Positions 11,091 through 24,373 of a stretch of DNA of 64,000 bases are shown piece by piece. Origin of the DNA: the human T2T-CHM13v2.0 reference genome, Homo sapiens. Below the pieces are notes generated by a model. It searched no databases. It saw nothing but the letters and a program-made list of their open reading frames with translations, and was not told where the DNA came from. Within the stretch, counting starts at the first letter, position 1; the number at the start of each line of letters is the position of its first letter. A program made the position numbers and the translations under genes. Location: the NCBI RefSeq assembly GCF_009914755.1, contig NC_060939.1, one strand, 5' to 3'.

Positions 11091-13647
11091 GTGTTTCAAA
11101 CGTGCTGTATGAAAGGGAATGTTCAACTCTATGAGTTGAATGCAAACATCACAAAGAAGACTCTGAGAATGCTTTTGTCTAGATTTTATATGAAGATATT
11201 CCCGTGTCCAACGAAATTTTCAAAGGTCTCCAAATATCCATTTGTAGATTCTACAAAAAGAGTGTTTCCAAACTGCTGTATCAAAACAAAGGTTGAACTC
11301 TGTGAGTTGAGGACACACATCACAAATAAGTTTCTGAGAATGCTTCTGTCTAGTTTTTATTTGAAGATGTTTCCTTTTTCACCATAGGCCTGAAAGCGCT
11401 CGAAATGTCCACTTCCAGATAGTACAGAAAGAGTGTTTCAAACCTGCTCTATGAACGGGAATGTTCAGCTCTGTGAGTTGAATGCAAACATCACAAAGCA
11501 GGTTCTGAGAATGCTTCCGTCTAGATTTTAAATGAGGATATTCCCGTTTCCAACGAAATCCTCGAAGCTATCCAAATATCCACTTGCAGATTCCACAAAA
11601 AGAGTGTTTCAAAACTGCTCTGTCAAAAGATAGGTTCAACTCTGTTAGTTGAGTACACACATGGCAAACAAGATTCCGAGAATGCTTTCGTCTAGTTTTT
11701 TTGGGAAGATATTTCCTTCTTCACCATAGGCCTCAAAGCGCTCCAAATATCCATTTCCACATGCTATACAAAGAGTGTCTCAAACCTGCTGTATGAATGG
11801 GAATGTTCAACTCTATGAGTTGAATGCAAACATCACAAAGAAGTTTCTGAGAATGCTGCTGTCTAGATTTTATATGAAGGTTTTCCCGCTTCCAACGAAA
11901 TTTTCAATGCTCTCAAAATATCCTCTTGTAGATTCTACAAAAAGAGTGTTTCCAAACTGCTGTATCAAAACAAAGGTTCATCTCTGTTAGTTGAGGACAC
12001 ACATCACAAATAAGTTTCTGAGAATGCTTCTGTCTAGTTCTTATTTGAAGACATTTCCTTTCTCACCTTAGGCCTGAAAGCGCTCGAAATACCCACTTCC
12101 AGATACTACAGAAACAGTGATTCAAACCTGCTCTATGAAAGGGAATGTTCAACTAGGTGACTTGAATGCAAACATCACAAAGCAGTTTCTGAGAATGCTG
12201 CTGTCTACTTTCTATTTGTAATCCCGTTTCCAACGAAATCCTCAGAACTATCGAAATTTCCAATTGCAGATTCCACAGAAACAGGGTTTCAAAGCTGCTC
12301 TGTAAAAAGAAAGGTTCAACTCTGTTAGTTGAATACACACGTCACAAACAAGTTTCTGAGAATGCTTCTGTCTAGTTTTTATGGGAAGATATTTCCTTTT
12401 TCACCGTAGGCCTCAAAGCGCTCCAAATGTCCACGTCCACATACTACAAAAAGAGTGTTTCAAACCTGCTGTATGAAAGGGAATGTTCAACTCTATGAGT
12501 TGAATGCAAACATTACAAAGAAGTTTCTGAGAATGCTTCTGTCTAGATTTTATATGAAGGTTTTCCCGTTTCCAACGAAATTTTCAATGCTCTCAAAATA
12601 TCCACTTGTAGATTCTACAAAAAGAGTGTTTCCAAACTGCTGTGTCAAAAGAAAGGTTCAACTCTGTTAGTTGAGGACACACATCACAAATAAGTTTCTG
12701 AGAATGCTTCTGTCTAGTTCTTATTTGAAGACATTTCCTTTCTCACCTTAGGCCTGAAAACGCTCGAAATATCCACTTCCAGATACGACAGAAACAGTGA
12801 TTCAAACCTGCTCTATGAAAGGGAATGTTCAACTAGGTGACTTGAATGCAAACATCACAAAGCAGTTTCTGAGAATGCTGCTGTCTACTTTCTATTTGTA
12901 ATCCCGTTTCCAACGAAATCCTCAGAACTATCGAAATTTCCAATTGCAGATTCCACAAAAAGCGTGTTTCAAAGCTGCTCTGTAAAAAGAAAGGTTCAAC
13001 TCTGTTAGTTGAATACACACGTCACAAACAAGTTTCTGAGAATGCTTCTGTCTAGTTTTTATGGGAAGATATTTCCTTTTTCACCGTAGGCCTCAAAGCG
13101 CTCCAAATGTCCACTTCCACATACTACAAAAAGAGTGTTTCAAACCTGCTCTATGATAGGGAATGTTGAAACCTATGAGTTGAATGCAAGCATTACAAAG
13201 AGGTTTCTGAGAATGCTTCTGTCTAGATTTTATATGTAGATATTCCCGTTTCCAACGAAATCCTCAAAGCTATCCAAATATCAACTTGCAGATTCTACAA
13301 AAGGAATGTTTCCAAGATGCTGTATCCAAACAAAGGTTCAACTCTGTGAATTGAGGGCATACATCACAAAGAAGATTCTGAGAATGCTTCTGTCTAGATT
13401 TTATATGAAAATATTCCCGTTTCCAACGAAATCCTCAAAGCTATCCAAATATCCACTTGCAAATGCCACAAAAAGAGTGTTTCCAAACTGCTCTGTGAAA
13501 AGGAAGGTTCAACTCTGTTAGTTGAGTACACACATCACAAAGAGGTTTCTGAGAATGCTGCTGACTAGTTTTTATTTGAAGATATTTCCCTTTTCACCTT
13601 AGGCCTAAGAGTGCTCGAAATGTCCATTTCCACATACTCCACAAAGT
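11091..13647 (-). repeat. Representative canonical 15-mer HOR unit (2557 bp = 13x171 + 2x167); phase is arbitrary
   Basis: The once-per-HOR marker gtgtttcaaacgtgctg recurs at 11091, 13648, 16205, 18762, 21319, then at 35453 through 53352 and 55229 through 62900, in steps of exactly 2557. Confidence 0.97.
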
Positions 13648-16600
13648 GTGTTTCAAACGTGCTGTATGAAAGGGAATGTTCAACTCTATGAGTTGAATGC
13701 AAACATCACAAAGAAGATTCTGAGAATGCTTTTGTCTAGATTTTATATGAAGATATTCCCGTGTCCAACGAAATTTTCAAAGGTCTCCAAATATCCATTT
13801 GTAGATTCTACAAAAAGAGTGTTTCCAAACTGCTGTATCAAAACAAAGGTTGAACTCTGTGAGTTGAGGACACACATCACAAATAAGTTTCTGAGAATGC
13901 TTCTGTCTAGTTTTTATTTGAAGATGTTTCCTTTTTCACCATAGGCCTGAAAGCGCTCGAAATGTCCACTTCCAGATAGTACAGAAAGAGTGTTTCAAAC
14001 CTGCTCTATGAACGGGAATGTTCAGCTCTGTGAGTTGAATGCAAACATCACAAAGCAGGTTCTGAGAATGCTTCCGTCTAGATTTTAAATGAGGATATTC
14101 CCGTTTCCAACGAAATCCTCGAAGCTATCCAAATATCCACTTGCAGATTCCACAAAAAGAGTGTTTCAAAACTGCTCTGTCAAAAGATAGGTTCAACTCT
14201 GTTAGTTGAGTACACACATGGCAAACAAGATTGCGAGAATGCTTTCGTCTAGTTTTTTTGGGAAGATATTTCCTTCTTCACCATAGGCCTCAAAGCGCTC
14301 CAAATATCCATTTCCACATGCTATACAAAGAGTGTCTCAAACCTGCTGTATGAATGGGAATGTTCAACTCTATGAGTTGAATGCAAACATCACAAAGAAG
14401 TTTCTGAGAATGCTGCTGTCTAGATTTTATATGAAGGTTTTCCCGCTTCCAACGAAATTTTCAATGCTCTCAAAATATCCTCTTGTAGATTCTACAAAAA
14501 GAGTGTTTCCAAACTGCTGTATCAAAACAAAGGTTCATCTCTGTTAGTTGAGGACACACATCACAAATAAGTTTCTGAGAATGCTTCTGTCTAGTTCTTA
14601 TTTGAAGACATTTCCTTTCTCACCTTAGGCCTGAAAGCGCTCGAAATACCCACTTCCAGATACTACAGAAACAGTGATTCAAACCTGCTCTATGAAAGGG
14701 AATGTTCAACTAGGTGACTTGAATGCAAACATCACAAAGCAGTTTCTGAGAATGCTGCTGTCTACTTTCTATTTGTAATCCCGTTTCCAACGAAATCCTC
14801 AGAACTATCGAAATTTCCAATTGCAGATTCCACAGAAACAGGGTTTCAAAGCTGCTCTGTAAAAAGAAAGGTTCAACTCTGTTAGTTGAATACACACGTC
14901 ACAAACAAGTTTCTGAGAATGCTTCTGTCTAGTTTTTATGGGAAGATATTTCCTTTTTCACCGTAGGCCTCAAAGCGCTCCAAATGTCCACGTCCACATA
15001 CTACAAAAAGAGTGTTTCAAACCTGCTGTATGAAAGGGAATGTTCAACTCTATGAGTTGAATGCAAACATTACAAAGAAGTTTCTGAGAATGCTTCTGTC
15101 TAGATTTTATATGAAGGTTTTCCCGTTTCCAACGAAATTTTCAATGCTCTCAAAATATCCACTTGTAGATTCTACAAAAAGAGTGTTTCCAAACTGCTGT
15201 GTCAAAAGAAAGGTTCAACTCTGTTAGTTGAGGACACACATCACAAATAAGTTTCTGAGAATGCTTCTGTCTAGTTCTTATTTGAAGACATTTCCTTTCT
15301 CACCTTAGGCCTGAAAACGCTCGAAATATCCACTTCCAGATACGACAGAAACAGTGATTCAAACCTGCTCTATGAAAGGGAATGTTCAACTAGGTGACTT
15401 GAATGCAAACATCACAAAGCAGTTTCTGAGAATGCTGCTGTCTACTTTCTATTTGTAATCCCGTTTCCAACGAAATCCTCAGAACTATCGAAATTTCCAA
15501 TTGCAGATTCCACAGAAACAGGGTTTCAAAGCTGCTCTGTAAAAAGAAAGGTTCAACTCTGTTAGTTGAATACACACGTCACAAACAAGTTTCTGAGAAT
15601 GCTTCTGTCTAGTTTTTATGGGAAGATATTTCCTTTTTCACCGTAGGCCTCAAAGCGCTCCAAATGTCCACTTCCACATACTACAAAAAGAGTGTTTCAA
15701 ACCTGCTCTATGATAGGGAATGTTGAAACCTATGAGTTGAATGCAAGCATTACAAAGAGGTTTCTGAGAATGCTTCTGTCTACATTTTATATGTAGATAT
15801 TCCCGTTTCCAACGAAATCCTCAAAGCTATCCAAATATCAACTTGCAGATTCTACAAAAGGAATGTTTCCAAAATGCTGTATCCAAACAAAGGTTCAACT
15901 CTGTGAATTGAGGGCATACATCACAAAGAAGATTCTGAGAATGCTTCTGTCTAGATTTTATATGAAAATATTCCCGTTTCCAACGAAATCCTCAAAGCTA
16001 TCCAAATATCCACTTGCAAATGCCACAAAAAGAGTGTTTCCAAACTGCTCTGTGAAAAGGAAGGTTCAACTCTGTTAGTTGAGTACACACATCACAAAGA
16101 GGTTTCTGAGAATGCTGCTGACTAGTTTTTATTTGAAGATATTTCCCTTTTCACCTTAGGCCTAAGAGTGCTCGAAATGTCCATTTCCACATACTCCACA
16201 AAGTGTGTTTCAAACGTGCTGTATGAAAGGGAATGTTCAACTCTATGAGTTGAATGCAAACATCACAAAGAAGACTCTGAGAATGCTTTTGTCTAGATTT
16301 TATATGAAGATATTCCCGTGTCCAACGAAATTTTCAAAGGTCTCCAAATACCCATTTGTAGATTCTACAAAAAGAGTGTTTCCAAACTGCTGTATCAAAA
16401 CAAAGGTTGAACTCTGTGAGTTGAGGACACACATCACAAATAAGTTTCTGAGAATGCTTCTGTCTAGTTTTTATTTGAAGATGTTTCCTTTTTCACCATA
16501 GGCCTGAAAGCGCTCGAAATGTCCACTTCCAGATAGTACAGAAAGAGTGTTTCAAACCTGCTCTATGAACGGGAATGTTCAGCTCTGTGAGTTGAATGCA

Positions 16601-19600
16601 AACATCACAAAGCAGGTTCCGAGAATGCTTCCGTCTAGATTTTAAATGAGGATATTCCCGTTTCCAACGAAATCCTCGAAGCTATCCAAATATCCACTTG
16701 CAGATTCCACAAAAAGAGTGTTTCAAAACTGCTCTGTCAAAAGATAGGTTCAACTCTGTTAGTTGAGTACACACATGGCAAACAAGATTCCGAGAATGCT
16801 TTCGTCTAGTTTTTTTGGGAAGATATTTCCTTCTTCACCATAGGCCTCAAAGCGCTCCAAATATCCATTTCCACATGCTATACAAAGAGTGTCTCAAACC
16901 TGCTGTATGAATGGGAATGTTCAACTCTATGAGTTGAATGCAAACATCACAAAGAAGTTTCTGAGAATGCTGCTGTCTAGATTTTATATGAAGGTTTTCC
17001 CGCTTCCAACGAAATTTTCAATGCTCTCAAAATATCCTCTTGTAGATTCTACAAAAAGAGTGTTTCCAAACTGCTGTATCAAAACAAAGGTTCATCTCTG
17101 TTAGTTGAGGACACACATCACAAATAAGTTTCTGAGAATGCTTCTGTCTAGTTCTTATTTGAAGACATTTCCTTTCTCACCTTAGGCCTGAAAGCGCTCG
17201 AAATACCCACTTCCAGATACTACAGAAACAGTGATTCAAACCTGCTCTATGAAAGGGAATGTTCAACTATGTGACTTGAATGCAAACATCACAAAGCAGT
17301 TTCTGAGAATGCTGCTGTCTACTTTCTATTTGTAATCCCGTTTCCAACGAAATCCTCAGAACTATCGAAATTTCCAATTGCAGATTCCACAGAAACAGGG
17401 TTTCAAAGCTGCTCTGTAAAAAGAAAGGTTCAACTCTGTTAGTTGAATACACACGTCACAAACAAGTTTCTGAGAATGCTTCTGTCTAGTTTTTATGGGA
17501 AGATATTTCCTTTTTCACCGTAGGCCTCAAAGCGCTCCAAATGTCCACTTCCACATACTACAAAAAGAGTGTTTCAAACCTGCTGTATGAAAGGGAATGT
17601 TCAACTCTATGAGTTGAATGCAAACATTACAAAGAAGTTTCTGAGAATGCTTCTGTCTAGATTTTATATGAAGGTTTTCCCGTTTCCAACGAAATTTTCA
17701 ATGCTCTCAAAATATCCACTTGTAGATTCTACAAAAAGAGTGTTTCCAAACTGCTGTGTCAAAAGAAAGGTTCAACTCTGTTAGTTGAGGACACACATCA
17801 CAAATAAGTTTCTGAGAATGCTTCTGTCTAGTTCTTATTTGAAGACATTTCCTTTCTCACCTTAGGCCTGAAAACGCTCGAAATATCCACTTCCAGATAC
17901 GACAGAAACAGTGATTCAAACCTGCTCTATGAAAGGGAATGTTCAACTAGGTGACTTGAATGCAAACATCACAAAGCAGTTTCTGAGAATGCTGCTGTCT
18001 ACTTTCTATTTGTAATCCCGTTTCCAACGAAATCCTCAGAACTATCGAAATTTCCAATTGCAGATTCCACAAAAAGCGTGTTTCAAAGCTGCTCTGTAAA
18101 AAGAAAGGTTCAACTCTGTTAGTTGAATACACACGTCACAAACAAGTTTCTGAGAATGCTTCTGTCTAGTTTTTATGGGAAGATATTTCCTTTTTCACGG
18201 TAGGCCTCAAAGCGCTCCAAATGTCCACTTCCACATACTACAAAAAGAGTGTTTCAAACCTGCTCTATGATAGGGAATGTTGAAACCTATGAGTTGAATG
18301 CAAGCATTACAAAGAGGTTTCTGAGAATGCTTCTGTCTAGATTTTATATGTAGATATTCCCGTTTCCAACGAAATCCTCAAAGCTATCCAAATATCAACT
18401 TGCAGATTCTACAAAAGGAATGTTTCCAAAATGCTGTATCCAAACAAAGGTTCAACTCTGTGAATTGAGGGCATACATCACAAAGAAGATTCTGAGAATG
18501 CTTCTGTCTAGATTTTATATGAAAATATTCCCGTTTCCAACGAAATCCTCAAAGCTATCCAAATATCCACTTGCAAATGCCACAAAAAGAGTGTTTCCAA
18601 ACTGCTCTGTGAAAAGGAAGGTTCAACTCTGTTAGTTGAGTACACACATCACAAAGAGGTTTCTGAGAATGCTGCTGACTAGTTTTTATTTGAAGATATT
18701 TCCCTTTTCACCTTAGGCCTAAGAGTGCTCGAAATGTCCATTTCCACATACTCCACAAGGTGTGTTTCAAACGTGCTGTATGAAAGGGAATGTTCAACTC
18801 TATGAGTTGAATGCAAACATCACAAAGAAGACTCTGAGAATGCTTTTGTCTAGATTTTATATGAAGATATTCCCGTGTCCAACGAAATTTTCAAAGGTCT
18901 CCAAATACCCATTTGTAGATTCTACAAAAAGAGTGTTTCCAAACTGCTGTATCAAAACAAAGGTTGAACTCTGTGAGTTGAGGACACACATCACAAATAA
19001 GTTTCTGAGAATGCTTCTGTCTAGTTTTTATTTGAAGATGTTTCCTTTTTCACCATAGGCCTGAAAGCGCTCGAAATGTCCACTTCCAGATAGTACAGAA
19101 AGAGTGTTTCAAACCTGCTCTATGAACGGGAATGTTCAGCTCTGTGAGTTGAATGCAAACATCACAAAGCAGGTTCCGAGAATGCTTCCGTCTAGATTTT
19201 AAATGAGGATATTCCCGTTTCCAACGAAATCCTCGAAGCTATCCAAATATCCACTTGCAGATTCCACAAAAAGAGTGTTTCAAAACTGCTCTGTCAAAAG
19301 ATAGGTTCAACTCTGTTAGTTGAGTACACACATGGCAAACAAGATTCCGAGAATGCTTTCGTCTAGTTTTTTTGGGAAGATATTTCCTTCTTCACCATAG
19401 GCCTCAAAGCGCTCCAAATATCCATTTCCACATGCTATACAAAGAGTGTCTCAAACCTGCTGTATGAATGGGAATGTTCAACTCTATGAGTTGAATGCAA
19501 ACATCACAAAGAAGTTTCTGAGAATGCTGCTGTCTAGATTTTATATGAAGGTTTTCCCGCTTCCAACGAAATTTTCAATGCTCTCAAAATATCCTCTTGT

Positions 19601-21318
19601 AGATTCTACAAAAAGAGTGTTTCCAAACTGCTGTATCAAAACAAAGGTTCATCTCTGTTAGTTGAGGACACACATCACAAATAAGTTTCTGAGAATGCTT
19701 CTGTCTAGTTCTTATTTGAAGACATTTCCTTTCTCACCTTAGGCCTGAAAGCGCTCGAAATACCCACTTCCAGATACTACAGAAACAGTGATTCAAACCT
19801 GCTCTATGAAAGGGAATGTTCAACTAGGTGACTTGAATGCAAACATCACAAAGCAGTTTCTGAGAATGCTGCTGTCTACTTTCTATTTGTAATCCCGTTT
19901 CCAACGAAATCCTCAGAACTATCGAAATTTCCAATTGCAGATTCCACAAAAAGCGTGTTTCAAAGCTGCTCTGTAGAAAGAAAGGTTCAACTCTGTTAGT
20001 TGAATACACACGTCACAAACAAGTTTCTGAGAATGCTTCTGTCTAGTTTTTATGGGAAGATATTTCCTTTTTCACCGTAGGCCTCAAAGCGCTCCAAATG
20101 TCCACTTCCACATACTACAAAAAGAGTGTTTCAAACCTGCTGTATGAAAGGGAATGTTCAACTCTATGAGTTGAATGCAAACATTACAAAGAAGTTTCTG
20201 AGAATGCTTCTGTCTAGATTTTATATGAAGGTTTTCCCGTTTCCAACGAAATTTTCAATGCTCTCAAAATATCCACTTGTAGATTCTACAAAAAGAGTGT
20301 TTCCAAACTGCTGTGTCAAAAGAAAGGTTCAACTCTGTTAGTTGAGGACACACATCACAAATAAGTTTCTGAGAATGCTTCTGTCTAGTTCTTATTTGAA
20401 GACATTTCCTTTCTCACCTTAGGCCTGAAAACGCTCGAAATATCCACTTCCAGATACGACAGAAACAGTGATTCAAACCTGCTCTATGAAAGGGAATGTT
20501 CAACTAGGTGACTTGAATGCAAACATCACAAAGCAGTTTCTGAGAATGCTGCTGTCTACTTTCTATTTGTAATCCCGTTTCCAACGAAATCCTCAGAACT
20601 ATCGAAATTTCCAATTGCAGATTCCACAAAAAGCGTGTTTCAAAGCTGCTCTGTAAAAAGAAAGGTTCAACTCTGTTAGTTGAATACACACGTCACAAAC
20701 AAGTTTCTGAGAATGCTTCTGTCTAGTTTTTATGGGAAGATATTTCCTTTTTCACCGTAGGCCTCAAAGCGCTCCAAATGTCCACTTCCACATACTACAA
20801 AAAGAGTGTTTCAAACCTGCTCTATGATAGGGAATGTTGAAACCTATGAGTTGAATGCAAGCATTACAAAGAGGTTTCTGAGAATGCTTCTGTCTACATT
20901 TTATATGTAGATATTCCCGTTTCCAACGAAATCCTCAAAGCTATCCAAATATCAACTTGCAGATTCTACAAAAGGAATGTTTCCAAAATGCTGTATCCAA
21001 ACAAAGGTTCAACTCTGTGAATTGAGGACATACATCACAAAGAAGATTCTGAGAATGCTTCTGTCTAGATTTTATATGAAAATATTCCCGTTTCCAACGA
21101 AATCCTCAAAGCTATCCAAATATCCACTTGCAAATGCCACAAAAAGAGTGTTTCCAAACTGCTCTGTGAAAAGGAAGGTTCAACTCTGTTAGTTGAGTAC
21201 ACACATCACAAAGAGGTTTCTGAGAATGCTGCTGACTAGTTTTTATTTGAAGATATTTCCCTTTTCACCTTAGGCCTAAGAGTGCTCGAAATGTCCATTT
21301 CCACATACTCCACAATGT

Positions 21319-23191
21319 GTGTTTCAAACGTGCTGTATGAAAGGGAATGTTCAACTCTATGAGTTGATTGCAAACATCACAAAGAAGATTCTGAGAATGC
21401 TTTTGTCTAGATTTTATATGAAGATATTCCCGTGTCCAACGAAATTTTCAAAGGTCTCCAAATACCCATTTGTAGATTCTACAAAAAGAGTGTTTCCAAA
21501 CTGCTGTATCAAAACAAAGGTTGAACTCTGTGAGTTGAGGACACACATCACAAATAAGTTTCTGAGAATGCTTCTGTCTAGTTTTTATTTGAAGATGTTT
21601 CCTTTTTCACCATAGGCCTGAAAGCGCTCGAAATGTCCACTTCCAGATAGTACAGAGTGTTTCAAACCTGCTCTATGAACGGGAATGTTCAGCTCTGTGA
21701 GTTGAATGCAAACATCACAAAGCAGGTTCTGAGAATGCTTCCGTCTAGATTTTAAATGAGGATATTCCCGTTTCCAACGAAATCCTCGAAGCTATCCAAA
21801 TATCCACTTGCAGATTCCACAAAAAGAGTGTTTCAAAACTGCTCTGTCAAAAGATAGGTTCAACTCTGTTAGTTGAGTACACACATGGCAAACAAGATTC
21901 CGAGAATGCTTTCGTCTAGTTTTTTTGGGAAGATATTTCCTTCTTCACCATAGGCCTCAAAGCGCTCCAAATATCCATTTCCACATGCTATACAAAGAGT
22001 GTCTCAAACCTGCTGTACGAATGGGAATGTTCAACTCTATGAGTTGAATGCAAACATCACAAAGAAGTTTCTGAGAATGCTGCTGTCTAGATTTTATATG
22101 AAGGTTTTCCCGCTTCCAACGAAATTTTCAATGCTCTCAAAATATCCTCTTGTAGATTCTACAAAAAGAGTGTTTCCAAACTGCTGTATCAAAACAAAGG
22201 TTCATCTCTGTTAGTTGAGGACACACATCACAAATAAGTTTCTGAGAATGCTTCTGTCTAGTTCTTATTTGAAGACATTTCCTTTCTCACCTTAGGCCTG
22301 AAAACGCTCGAAATATCCACTTCCAGATACGACAGAAACAGTGATTCAAACCTGCTCTATGAAAGGGAATGTTCAACTAGGTGACTTGAATGCAAACATC
22401 ACAAAGCAGTTTCTGAGAATGCTGCTGTCTACTTTCTATTTGTAATCCCGTTTCCAACGAAATCCTCAGAACTATCGAAATTTCCAATTGCAGATTCCAC
22501 AAAAAGCGTGTTTCAAAGCTGCTCTGTAAAAAGAAAGGTTCAACTCTGTTAGTTGAATACACACGTCACAAACAAGTTTCTGAGAATGCTTCTGTCTAGT
22601 TTTTATGGGAAGATATTTCCTTTTTCACCGTAGGCCTCAAAGCGCTCCAAATGTCCACTTCCACATACTACAAAAAGAGTGTTTCAAACCTGCTCTATGA
22701 TAGGGAATGTTGAAACCTATGAGTTGAATGCAAGCATTACAAAGAGGTTTCTGAGAATGCTTCTGTCTAGATTTTATATGTAGATATTCCCGTTTCCAAC
22801 GAAATCCTCAAAGCTATCCAAATATCAACTTGCAGATTCTACAAAAGGAATGTTTCCAAAATGCTGTATCCAAACAAAGGTTCAACTCTGTGAATTGAGG
22901 GCATACATCACAAAGAAGATTCTGAGAATGCTTCTGTCTAGATTTTATATGAAAATATTCCCGTTTCCAACGAAATCCTCAAAGCTATCCAAATATCCAC
23001 TCGCAAATGCCACAAAAAGAGTGTTTCCAAACTGCTCTGTGAAAAGGAAGGTTCAACTCTGTTAGTTGAGTACACACATCACAAAGAGGTTTCTGAGAAT
23101 GCTGCTGACTAGTTTTTATTTGAAGATATTTCCCTTTTCACCTTAGGCCTAAGAGTGCTCGAAATGTCCATTTCCACATACTCCACAAAGT
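21319..23191 (-). repeat. 11-mer HOR variant (1873 bp = 1877 minus a 4-bp deletion near 21655)
   Basis: Marker spacing is 1873 and only one copy of the 680-bp block is present. tacagagtgt at 21651 replaces tacagaaagagtgt. Confidence 0.95.
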
Positions 23192-24373
23192 GTGTTTCAA
23201 ACGTGCTGTATGAAAGGGAATGTTCAACTCTATGAGTTGAATGCAAACATCACAAAGAAGACTCTGAGAATGCTTTTGTCTAGATTTTATATGAAGATAT
23301 TCCCGTGTCCAACGAAATTTTCAAAGGTCTCCAAATATCCATTTGTAGATTCTACAAAAAGAGTGTTTCCAAACTGCTGTATCAAAACAAAGGTTGAACT
23401 CTGTGAGTTGAGGACACACATCACAAATAAGTTTCTGAGAATGCTTCTGTCTAGTTTTTATTTGAAGATGTTTCCTTTTTCACCATAGGCCTGAAAGCGC
23501 TCGAAATGTCCCCTTCCAGATAGTACAGAAAGAGTGTTTCAAACCTGCTCTATGAACGGGAATGTTCAGCTCTGTGAGTTGAATGCAAACATCACAAAGC
23601 AGGTTCCGAGAATGCTTCCGTCTAGATTTTAAATGAGGATATTCCCGTTTCCAACGAAATCCTCGAAACTATCCAAATATCCACTTGCAGATTCCACAAA
23701 AAGAGTGTTTCAAAACTGCTCTGTCAAAAGATAGGTTCAACTCTGTTAGTTGAGTACACACATGGCAAACAAGATTCCGAGAATGCTTTCGTCTAGTTTT
23801 TTTGGGAAGATATTTCCTTCTTCACCATAGGCCTCAAAGCGCTCCAAATATCCATTTCCACATGCTATACAAAGAGTGTCTCAAACCTGCTGTATGAATG
23901 GGAATGTTCAACTCTATGAGTTGAATGCAAACATCACAAAGAAGTTTCTGAGAATGCTGCTGTCTAGATTTTATATGAAGGTTTTCCCGCTTCCAACGAA
24001 ATTTTCAATGCTCTCAAAATATCCTCTTGTAGATTCTACAAAAAGAGTGTTTCCAAACTGCTGTATCAAAACAAAGGTTCATCTCTGTTAGTTGAGGACA
24101 CACATCACAAATAAGTTTCTGAGAATGCTTCTCTCTAGTTCTTATTTGAAGACATTTCCTTTCTCACCTTAGGCCTGAAAACGCTCGAAATATCCACTTC
24201 CAGATACGACAGAAACTGTGATTCAAACCTGCTCTATGAAAGGGAATGTTCAACTAGGTGACTTGAATGCAAACATCACAAAGCAGTTTCTGAGAATGCT
24301 GCTGTCTACTTTCTATTTGTAATCCCGTTTCCAACGAAATCCTCAGAACTATCGAAATTTCCAATTGCAGATT

